From an uncultured bacterium (GTDB lineage Bacteria > Planctomycetota > UBA1135 > UBA2386), in assembly GCA_963974725.1 (NCBI GenBank), contig CAXBFC010000003.1:1-46170 (forward strand): a DNA stretch of 46,170 nucleotides. The letters are read 5' to 3'. Under the pieces are notes generated by a model. The model saw only the letters and a program-made list of their open reading frames with translations, did not search any database and was not told where the DNA came from. Position 1 is the first letter of the stretch, and every line of letters begins with the position of its first letter. Positions 29,255 through 37,714 of this stretch are shown here, one piece after another. Both the position numbers and the translations under genes were made by a program.

Positions 29255-29500
29255 CGCGCGCGACAGCTTGCGCATCTTCTCCTGCATCGTGCTCGGCCCG
29301 AGCTGGAGCACGCGGGCGGCCTGGCGCAGCCCAGCGGCACTGGTCAATAGCCCGAACAACCACTCGTTGCAGTCGGGTCGGCGGTCGCGATCGTCGTATC
29401 GAGACGTCTGCCGAGACCACGTCTTGCGAAGCTCGAAGCAGCCGAAGCGCTGCTCACGATGCTCTCGGCAGCGGACCGGGAAGTAGCCCCGACGGATGAT
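29255..29500 (-). pseudogene. degenerate N-terminal fragment of an IS (IS1-like, zinc ribbon + HTH) transposase
   Basis: RRGYF...CRE...QRFGCFELRKTWSRQT...DRRPDCNEWLFGLLTSAAGLRQAARVLQL resembles the InsA-type QRFxCxxCxxTFS + GxRxxARxL pattern. The last Cys is lost and no DDE domain follows before the stop at 29216. Confidence 0.6.
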
Positions 29501-29836
29501 GCGTCCGGCGTCGGCTGCTCGGTCTAGAGTTCGGACAACGCGGCGGGCGAAACGACGTCGAGAATCTCCTGCCGGGCTGTTCCGACAGAAGATCCGGGGG
29601 CAGGAATCGCCCGCGGTGTCATCGATCTTGGCTGCCAATAGCCAAGCGACCGTTCCTAGAATGGGACAGCGTGCCGGCGGATCAGCGTGCTCACCGATCA
29701 ACGTGCCGCGGGCACTCGCAATTGGGGCGCGCGGCAACGAACACTGCGGCGTCAATTGGCAGAGCTACTCGCCAGTAGACTTTGGCACCGCCATCTTCAG
29801 AGAACTCTCCAACAACGACTCCACTCTCTGCTCCGA

Positions 29837-31282
29837 CTACTGGCGAAGCAGTCGCACTTCCCAGCTATACAGAGTTTGCGTTCGTGAGGCGTAGACGGCG
29901 CTGACCGTAACGTGCTCAACGCCGGGCGGCAGTGGCATGACCGCTTCCATGCGATCGGCCGTCCTGATCTTGCGGATGATCACCGGGCTCGAACCTTCGA
30001 TCGTGACGATCCAGCCGATGGCCGCGGTTTCGTTGGGGAGGCCCGTCGCCTGCAACAGCAACTGTTCGCCGAGGACGAAGCCATTGTTGTCATAGACACG
30101 GTAGCGAGCGACGCTGCAGCCAATGTCGTCCGCCGTCGTGTTCTCAACGGGCAGGGCGATCCAGTGACCGTAGTTCTCACTGATGACCTCAGGATCGTAG
30201 GTGCAGATCGCGTCGACTTCCGTGGCATTGCCGATTCCGATCTTCGCCGTGATCCGCGCTCCGCCACTGACCCGGAGGGGCTTGTTGCCGGACGTCGAGC
30301 CAAGGACATTGGCCCCACCGACGAGCAGCTGCTCGCGGCCGGCCGAGCTGGCCAGCGACAAAGAGAACACGATTCGTTCCCTGTTGTTTGGGACATCAAA
30401 GAACGCAATGGCGTCGATGTCGCCTCCTTCGGTCAGACCGAGTTGAGCTGGCGTAAACTCGACGCTGATCGTCGACCAGCCAATCCCCGGCGTCCAGTCA
30501 GCCGTGTAGACGTAGTTGGACCCAATCTGCGATTCCAAGCAGTTGAAGGCGCCCGCGTACGTCGACCAATTGGTGCCAGTGATGTTCGTTACCGTGTCCG
30601 GCGTGAGCGTAAAGAACCACTTCCTGATCACCTGCACGACGTGGTTGGGGGTTCCGCGGGACTCGACAACGGCCGGCATGTAGGTATCCAACCCGGTAAT
30701 CTGACTGTCCGGGCCAGCGCCAATATGCTCGTGCCCGAGGTCGAAATGCGCGACGTCGACCAGGTCCGATGGAATGTTGACGTTGGTGTCGAACCAGTAG
30801 CTGAACAGGTCGCTGCCGATTCCAGTCCAAGCGCCTTGATAGCGCGACTCCAAAACGGAGCCTGCAAGTGGCACTTCGGGATCGTCCGACACCGATAGCG
30901 AAATGGCAGCCCAACCACTTTGGCCACCAGAGACGACCTCCCAGTATTCCGGTTCACTACCGGCGTAAGGCCCCGCCTGAATTGGTAGATTGTCGTTGCC
31001 GGTCGAGATCGCGTTCATCTCGAAGTTTTCCGCGGCGACTTCGGGGTCGACCAAGTGGTGGAGCAGCGCCTCGGTCGTGTAGGTCGGGGCCGCATTGTTC
31101 ACCGCGGTGAACGACACCAAATGCTTGTCGCCTGCTGGCTTCTTCAGGACCGATCGGACGCCGGTACCTGTGTTACTTGTGTCGTGCATGACGAGACCCT
31201 GTGGCAGACCAGACAGCGGTGACTGGGCTTGGATCAAGGTGACCGGAACGGCGAGCACTAGGGCGAGAGTCGATATTTTCAT
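29837..31282 (-). CDS. uncharacterised secreted protein, third gene of ECF-kinase module 2; paralog of 9381-10940
   Basis: Signal MKISTLALVLAVPVTLIQA|Q; 12 bp downstream of the kinase; shares ordered motifs with 9381-10940. Confidence 0.8.
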   Translation of the reverse strand: MKISTLALVLAVPVTLIQAQSPLSGLPQGLVMHDTSNTGTGVRSVLKKPAGDKHLVSFTAVNNAAPTYTTEALLHHLVDPEVAAENFEMNAISTGNDNLPIQAGPYAGSEPEYWEVVSGGQSGWAAISLSVSDDPEVPLAGSVLESRYQGAWTGIGSDLFSYWFDTNVNIPSDLVDVAHFDLGHEHIGAGPDSQITGLDTYMPAVVESRGTPNHVVQVIRKWFFTLTPDTVTNITGTNWSTYAGAFNCLESQIGSNYVYTADWTPGIGWSTISVEFTPAQLGLTEGGDIDAIAFFDVPNNRERIVFSLSLASSAGREQLLVGGANVLGSTSGNKPLRVSGGARITAKIGIGNATEVDAICTYDPEVISENYGHWIALPVENTTADDIGCSVARYRVYDNNGFVLGEQLLLQATGLPNETAAIGWIVTIEGSSPVIIRKIRTADRMEAVMPLPPGVEHVTVSAVYASRTQTLYSWEVRLLRQ

Positions 31283-31294
31283 GGCTAGTTTTGG

Positions 31295-33757
31295 TTAACG
31301 TTTGGTAGGAATTTTGGCGGGTGCCCAGTCATTGAGACTGGCCTTGGGAAGCTTCTCTTGGACGAGGGCGTGGAGCAGCTTCCCAATGGAAACCCCCTCT
31401 TCATCCGTGGTCTCCTCGGGCAGCAGCGCGTAGGCAATCAGCACGCGACTCCAACGAGTTGGATCAAGTGCGGCGAGTTCGGCAGCGTCGACAAACGGGC
31501 GGCGGCCCTCGCTCAGATTCGCGGCGACCGAGACCTTGAACTCATCGCTCTGGCCCGTGCGGCGCCACTTCTCCAGCGCGGCGTCGGCGGCTACGCGAGC
31601 GAGCTCGGGCTTGAGGTCGAGGTGATGTGCCAAGGCACGTTCAAAGTCCAATTCGCCGCGTAGTCGTTCGCGCAAACGGTCTGGGATCACGGCTGCGTCG
31701 AGCAGGTCTACCGCCAACTGCCGATCCCCCTGCTTGCCCAATCTGCTGCGGGCCAGATACACCCAGAACAGCGTGCGGTAGGCCACCAGTGCATGTGGAC
31801 GAAGCGCGATTGCTTTGGTCAGGTGTGCAACCGCATCGTCAAGGGCGCCAAGCCGATGCTCAGCCACACCTGCGTTCTCGAGCAGGTTGGCCGAATGCGG
31901 TGCCAGCTCGAGCCCTGCCTGAATAGCGGCGAGGGCTTCCTCGTAGCGTTGCTGACGCAACAGGGCGATGCCCTCGAGGTGCGCCGTCATCGCGGTCGAA
32001 CGGCCGTACCGCTCTTCCATGCGCAGCACCTTCTCGTGGATCTGGCGGGCAACGTCCGTGCACTCATCAGCCGAGAGCCGGTTGAGACCATCCAGTTCGA
32101 TGAGCAGGCGTTGCTCAAGCGCTGGTTCGTAGTCATCCAGCCGTGGATCAAACAGAAGATCCCGAGCGACCTTGAAGTTGCGGCGGCGCACTTCGTGGAA
32201 CGCGAGCAGGTAGACATCGTCTGCGGTCGTTGGCTCGGGAGCACCGTCGACGTTCGGTGTAAGCGCTTCGGTCGCGGCTGCATCTCGGTACGCCTGCGCC
32301 AGGAAGTTCGCAACCGGTCCACCCAACTGCTGCGCAATCGTTTCGATGTCCGAGACGGCTGCCGCGCGTTCGCCCTGATCCCAGAGGAAGGCGGCGCGAA
32401 GCACGAAGGTAGGTAGCGGGTGCAGGGCATTGGCCGCCGCCAGATCGAGCAGCTCGCGTTCCCTCGTGCGAGCCGGCCCCACCGGCATCGCGCGGTCCGC
32501 AGGATTCCACAGTGTCAGCATCGGCTGCCCCTTGGCAAGAGCACCACCCTCCGCAGCCCGCATGCTGTTGCTGCGACTGCGATCGTACTCTCCATAACCC
32601 CAATAGCCGAGCAAGCCGACGACGAAGAGCAGCGTCACCGCGATCGTCGCCAGAGCCGCCGGCGAGCGCCGCACTCGGCGTCCCAGCCGTGCCAAGGCCC
32701 CCGGATAACGCGCCTTGACCGGAGCGTGATCGAGGAAGGCTTCGAGATCCTCGCGCAGCTGCTTGATGCTCTCGTAGCGTTGGCTCAGGTCGCGGTTGAG
32801 GCCAACGTCGAGGATCGCGAGCAGGTCTCGGGGTAGGTCGGGCCGCAGTGCGGACGGCAGCTCGGGATCGCGCAGCGGGATCGCGGCGAGGACCTCAGCG
32901 GGAGTGCCTTCGTACGGGGCGTTGCCGGTCAGGGCGCGGTAGAGAGATGCCGTCAGGCCGTAGATGTCGACACTCGGGCCGGCCGGGGCGCCACCTTGCA
33001 GCTGCTCCGGAGCCATGTAGGCGGGAGTGCCTACGCCGCGTGTTCCCTCGGCCAGAGTCTCATTCGCGCTGAGGGCTGCGATGCCAAAGTCGATCAGCAC
33101 GGGTCCACGTTTGGACAGCATGATGTTCGAGGGTTTGATGTCGCGGTGCACGATGCCGTTCTCATGCACGAGCTCAAGCGCCCGCGCGAGCTGTGCTGCG
33201 TGCTCGACCGCCTCGCGCACCGGCATGCGCCCCTCTTTGCCGAGGGCTGCGCGATCCTCCAGTGCGTGCTGCATGGAGATGCCGTCGACGTATTCCATGA
33301 CGATGTAGGCCTCGCCATCGTCGGTTCGCTTGCGATCGTAGATCGTCGCAATCGACGAATGATTGAGCTGGGCCAGCACTTCGCCTTCGCGCTCAAAGCG
33401 ACGTTCGTTCTCATCGCCATGCAGCATTTCCGTGCGCAAGAACTTGAGGGCCACGGTGCGCCCGAGGTCAAGATCGTCGGCACGGTAGACAGCGCCCATC
33501 GCACCCGAGCCAATGCACTCGGAGAGCACGTAGCGACCGTCGAAGACGCGGCCGGCCAGCGAGCCAGGTGCTTTGGTCTGCAGGCGGTACGCCGGTTCGT
33601 TCGCAAGCGCGAGCGTGTCAGCAACCGCCGAGCGCAGTTCCGGACACTCGACGCAGAGAGCGTCCAGGTCCGGTGACCTGCCTTGCTCTATCTCGTGCAA
33701 CGCGTCCGCGACGAGCTGCTCGAGGCGGTCGTCTTGCGATGATTCACTTTCCGTCAC
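31295..33757 (-). CDS. Hanks-type Ser/Thr protein kinase with TM helix and C-terminal TPR region
   Basis: GSGAMGAV, VALK, HRDIKPSN, DFG, GTPAYMAPEQ, DIYGL; TM IAVTLLFVVGLLGYWGY; TPR (GIALLRQQRYEEAL...AP). GTGA overlap with the ECF. Confidence 0.95.
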   Translation of the reverse strand: MTESESSQDDRLEQLVADALHEIEQGRSPDLDALCVECPELRSAVADTLALANEPAYRLQTKAPGSLAGRVFDGRYVLSECIGSGAMGAVYRADDLDLGRTVALKFLRTEMLHGDENERRFEREGEVLAQLNHSSIATIYDRKRTDDGEAYIVMEYVDGISMQHALEDRAALGKEGRMPVREAVEHAAQLARALELVHENGIVHRDIKPSNIMLSKRGPVLIDFGIAALSANETLAEGTRGVGTPAYMAPEQLQGGAPAGPSVDIYGLTASLYRALTGNAPYEGTPAEVLAAIPLRDPELPSALRPDLPRDLLAILDVGLNRDLSQRYESIKQLREDLEAFLDHAPVKARYPGALARLGRRVRRSPAALATIAVTLLFVVGLLGYWGYGEYDRSRSNSMRAAEGGALAKGQPMLTLWNPADRAMPVGPARTRERELLDLAAANALHPLPTFVLRAAFLWDQGERAAAVSDIETIAQQLGGPVANFLAQAYRDAAATEALTPNVDGAPEPTTADDVYLLAFHEVRRRNFKVARDLLFDPRLDDYEPALEQRLLIELDGLNRLSADECTDVARQIHEKVLRMEERYGRSTAMTAHLEGIALLRQQRYEEALAAIQAGLELAPHSANLLENAGVAEHRLGALDDAVAHLTKAIALRPHALVAYRTLFWVYLARSRLGKQGDRQLAVDLLDAAVIPDRLRERLRGELDFERALAHHLDLKPELARVAADAALEKWRRTGQSDEFKVSVAANLSEGRRPFVDAAELAALDPTRWSRVLIAYALLPEETTDEEGVSIGKLLHALVQEKLPKASLNDWAPAKIPTKR

Positions 33758-34389
33758 GCGACCTCTTCGTTGTCGGCGGTGACACCGCTTCGTTGCAGGC
33801 GAATCAGCAAGCGGGCATGAAGCCGATTGAACGACTTGCGAGCGGCCTCCTTGGACGGAAAATCGAGTTCTTCGGCCAGGCTCTCGAACGTCGCGTCACC
33901 ATCCAGACGCCGCACCAACAGCGCCCGCTCCCGCCCGTCGAAATCATCGAGGATCGAGAAGTAGATCCGAACCTGTTCCTCGGCACACAGCTTCCGGAAC
34001 GGGTGGTCAGGATCGGGCCTTTGCGCCAACGCCTCATCTTGATGAGTGGTCCGGCGACGGTCTCTGCGAACCGCGTGGTGGAAGCGCACGAGGTCCAGCA
34101 GGCGAGTGCGAACCGCCGCCGCGATGTAGTTGACGAACTCTCCTTCCGTCGTTCCAACGAACCCCTCGAGACTTGCCAGAACCTTGCGGAAGACATCCTG
34201 GACCACATCCCCCGTGCTAAACAGGGCCACCAAGTTGCCGGCATTGGCCCCCATCTCGGCGCGCAGCTCTCGATGCGCAATTCGCTCGACGGTCGGGTAG
34301 TGCATCGAGCACAGGGCGTCCAACGCCACTTGATCGCCGCTTCTTGCAGCTGCGAGGATCGGCGGAAAGTCAGAAGAAGTCGTGCTCAT
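33754..34389 (-). CDS. ECF sigma-70 factor, kinase-associated type
   Basis: AARSGDQVALDAL...STGDVVQDVF...FVNYIAAAVRTRLLDLVRFHHAVRRD...ATFESLAEELDFPSKEAARK. ATG 34389 (alternative 34425). Confidence 0.9.
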   Translation of the reverse strand: MSTTSSDFPPILAAARSGDQVALDALCSMHYPTVERIAHRELRAEMGANAGNLVALFSTGDVVQDVFRKVLASLEGFVGTTEGEFVNYIAAAVRTRLLDLVRFHHAVRRDRRRTTHQDEALAQRPDPDHPFRKLCAEEQVRIYFSILDDFDGRERALLVRRLDGDATFESLAEELDFPSKEAARKSFNRLHARLLIRLQRSGVTADNEEVA

Positions 34390-35324
34390 GGGGCTATGCA
34401 AGGAGGACGCCGCGAGATCCGACAAGCGGACGGTCCCTTTTCAAGAAAACTGCCGAGAGGCGAGAAAGACGCGTGCAGCGGCGACCGGCAAAGTCGACCA
34501 CCAGTTGATGCCACGACAAGTGTTGGCCAAGCATCGTTCAGTTTGCCGTAAGCGACCATGATTCAATCAGTTGCCTGCGTAAGCCACCGCGTTCTAGAGC
34601 GACGTTGCAACGCAGTTCGAAGCTTGACCGCCTCTCTTCGAGAACGCGCGGGGCGCGCGATCTCACGGGCGATTGCCAGAACGAGTCACGTCGCCAGTGA
34701 GAAGCCGGCGTAGCGCGCGCACTAGCACGTCGACACAACGCTCTACTAGGATCGCAATCTTGGGATCGTCACGGCCAGTGACAAAGATTGCTGAGACGCC
34801 CACCTGGCGAATCCGGCAAAAGGCACGCCAACGCGCCGAAACCGTGGCCAATCTGCGAGGCGGCATTCTCGAGGCACCTGACCGCAACCACGCGAACGCA
34901 CAGGCCGTTTAGGCTGCCGCTTGCCCCACCTCGAACGCCGCCGCGTCACGCTCCAACTGCCCGGGCACGGCACCCACTGCGAGCACGCGCTGCCGCCAAC
35001 GGCGACGATCGGTTCGGCAGTCGAGGCCAGCGGACCTGAGGGGGTAACTCGCTCCCTCTTGTTCCATGTGCGCGCTGCTAATTCGCAGCATTCGGAGCCT
35101 GCGTCGCCGTGGCCGCCACCGGGTCGCGCCAGCGAATCTCTCACCCCGCGACAAACAGTCAAATCTGCGCGCGTCACATCCGCCCAGGTTCCCACGGTCT
35201 TACGGCAGCATCCGCAATCCTTCGGCATGCGATTTCTTGGATTGGTTGCAGCCAACTGCAGGGACGCGACATGGAGGTTCGCAACTTGGTGCCGATGTCC
35301 GGCGCCACGTGCAAAGGAGACTTC

Positions 35325-37709
35325 ATGAGTATTCAGTTCCCATTCCAACCATCTTCAAATGGTATCGCGACCGATGGTGAAATCGACTCCGACGGCTTGG
35401 TCGATGTTGCATCGGGGCTTGGCGTGCAGCTTGGCACCTCGACCGTCGATTACTTCGACCACAGTCGGCTGTATTCAATCACCCGAGGCTCTCAGATCCC
35501 ACTTCCTGATACTCAAGGGCCTCGTGTCCCAGGGTCTCGTCTCCGAGGATCGTGGTATCGCGACTACAGCGGCCCGTGGGACTACGACAACCACGCGCAG
35601 ATTGCGCGCAGCAACGCCGCGGGCGAATGGCTTCACGACATTGTGTCGCACGCCGGTCCAATGGTTGGAGCAGGGCCCTACAGCAAATGGGGCGGCGCGA
35701 GCAGTGCATTCAAGCGCACGCGCCCGATCGTGATGGTCTTCCTACACGGGGCCACCAGTGAGCCACGACTTGCGCCCGAGGAACACATTGGCACGATCGA
35801 GCACTTCCCTAGGTACTGGGGCTTTGAATTGGTCAAGGCAACCTTAGGCGGCGGGCGCTCCATCCGCTTCCTGAATGGAGATCGAGTTGGCGCCGAACAA
35901 TGGGAGTCATCGTTTGGCAGTACCGACGACAAGGACCACATCCTGATTCCATCTAGCGGCTCCCGGCGCCGCCCGGCACTCTCCGCAATGGTCACGTATC
36001 GGAATGGTTCGATGGCGCTTGCGACACAGGCCGGCCACGCCATCGATCAAGTCTACGATCGGTACACTTCGGTGTTCGGCGATGGCGATGACGCACCGCA
36101 GATCGCCTTCGTTGGGCACAGCATGGGTGGCCTGGTGGCGCGTTGCCTGATCACGGCTACCTCTAGCCGCCTTAGTGGTGAGCAACTGACCGCAAGCCAG
36201 CGCGAGAAGGCAGTGTTTCTACGGGATCGCACAATTTTCATGGCGACTCTGGCCACGCCGCATGAGGGATCCCCAGTTGCCGACAAGGTGAAGAGCATCG
36301 CCCAGAAACTGAAGAGTGATCGGCCGCCATGGTTGAAGTCGCTCAGTAGCGCGTTCGGCCTTGGGGACTTGCGGCAGCCGCTGCGCGCTTTCGGCTTGGA
36401 TCGCGATGCGGTGCGAGACTGCAGCCGAAGTTCGTTGCGTAGTTGGAACCGTGGGCCCCTGCACCCAAAGCTGGGCGCACGTTCCGATGGCTCGCTGGTT
36501 CCGGTCTATGCGATTTCGGGGCGATCCCCTGGTGGTGGCTACTTTGACAACCCGAACCTTGTCGAGATCAACCCAGTCAATCTCGCCCTAAAGAAGGAGG
36601 CATTCAACGCGTTGGGGCTCGTACTGATTGACGAGGCGCTGCACAGGTTGCCTGGGCGTTCCAGTGGTTGGGGAAGCCCAGGTCGTGGCACCCATGATCT
36701 CGACTACGTCGAGCAAACTAACAGAGCCGACATCGCACCGCTACGAACTGCTGGCATGAAGGCGCTACTCAAGTATTCGGGCAAGCTATCGGGCTACCCC
36801 GTTGCAGCAGGCGCTACGCAGGTTGTTGCAACAGCGTTTGAGCTGTTCATGGAACACGTGCCTGTCTACCTCCGCCAGCCTTGGGAAGGCACTCCCATCG
36901 GCGATATCGCCAAGTGCCTTCACGACACGGCACGCCTGGGCTGTGAAGCAGTGATGGAGATCTTCAAGATGGCCTGGAATATGACCGCCAAGGCAGCAGC
37001 AAAAGCGGCAGAGGCGGCTGGGTATGTAGGCAAGGAAATCAGCAAGGCACTGAAGAGCGTCTACGATCTATCCACCAAGGCTATCGGCAAGATCCTCCGC
37101 CAGATTGGTCAGTCGTGGGTTCAAGTCGCGACTGCTCTGCGGCGCGGGCTCCTGATGGGCCTTGACGCAGTAGCCAAACTGCTCGCCGAGATCGACGCGT
37201 CCTGGACATCGGTATTCAAGGCATTGAAGGGCGCATTCAGCAATTCTATTGGTCGTTTGGCCAAGGCTCTAAGTAGAGCCGGCGCCACGGTCCTAGACGT
37301 TGCAAAGGCTCTGAAGGATGCGCTCAGCGCAAGCTTGTCGACGATCGTGAAGGCCTTGAAGTCGGCGAGCTTCGGCACCTTTGACATAGCCGGGGCACTG
37401 CGTTCCATGGGGCACACGGCGCTTGAAGTTGCCAAAGCTCTGAAGCACGCGATCAATGCAAGCTTGTTGACAATCGTCAAGGCATTGAAGTCGGCGGGCT
37501 TCGGGATCCTTGACGTGGCCCGGGCGGTGCGCGCCTTGCACCACACGGCGTTCGACGTTGCCAAGGCGATGATGTCCGCAGGCTTCTCGATTGGCGCAAT
37601 CGCGGCTGCGGTGAAATCAGCCTTCAATCTCTCGGTTGTGGCGCTGATCTCACTCCTGACGAGTCTAGGCATCTCTCTGAGCCAGGCCACGCGTATCGCG
37701 AATCGATGA
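35325..37709 (+). CDS. lipase/PGAP1-like alpha/beta hydrolase with C-terminal amphipathic helical repeats
   Basis: RBS AAGGAG before ATG 35325; VFLHG, VGHSMGGLVAR, TLATPHEGSPVAD, PVYAISG; last ~250 aa built of xxVAKALKxx units. No signal peptide. Confidence 0.85.
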   Translation: MSIQFPFQPSSNGIATDGEIDSDGLVDVASGLGVQLGTSTVDYFDHSRLYSITRGSQIPLPDTQGPRVPGSRLRGSWYRDYSGPWDYDNHAQIARSNAAGEWLHDIVSHAGPMVGAGPYSKWGGASSAFKRTRPIVMVFLHGATSEPRLAPEEHIGTIEHFPRYWGFELVKATLGGGRSIRFLNGDRVGAEQWESSFGSTDDKDHILIPSSGSRRRPALSAMVTYRNGSMALATQAGHAIDQVYDRYTSVFGDGDDAPQIAFVGHSMGGLVARCLITATSSRLSGEQLTASQREKAVFLRDRTIFMATLATPHEGSPVADKVKSIAQKLKSDRPPWLKSLSSAFGLGDLRQPLRAFGLDRDAVRDCSRSSLRSWNRGPLHPKLGARSDGSLVPVYAISGRSPGGGYFDNPNLVEINPVNLALKKEAFNALGLVLIDEALHRLPGRSSGWGSPGRGTHDLDYVEQTNRADIAPLRTAGMKALLKYSGKLSGYPVAAGATQVVATAFELFMEHVPVYLRQPWEGTPIGDIAKCLHDTARLGCEAVMEIFKMAWNMTAKAAAKAAEAAGYVGKEISKALKSVYDLSTKAIGKILRQIGQSWVQVATALRRGLLMGLDAVAKLLAEIDASWTSVFKALKGAFSNSIGRLAKALSRAGATVLDVAKALKDALSASLSTIVKALKSASFGTFDIAGALRSMGHTALEVAKALKHAINASLLTIVKALKSAGFGILDVARAVRALHHTAFDVAKAMMSAGFSIGAIAAAVKSAFNLSVVALISLLTSLGISLSQATRIANR
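37293..37570 (+). repeat. 129-bp (43-aa) internal tandem duplication in the hydrolase tail
   Basis: LDVAKALKDALSASLSTIVKALKSASFGTFDIAGALRSMGHTA / LEVAKALKHAINASLLTIVKALKSAGFGILDVARAVRALHHTA / FDVAKAM; also visible at DNA level. Confidence 0.85.
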
Positions 37710-37714
37710 CGCTT

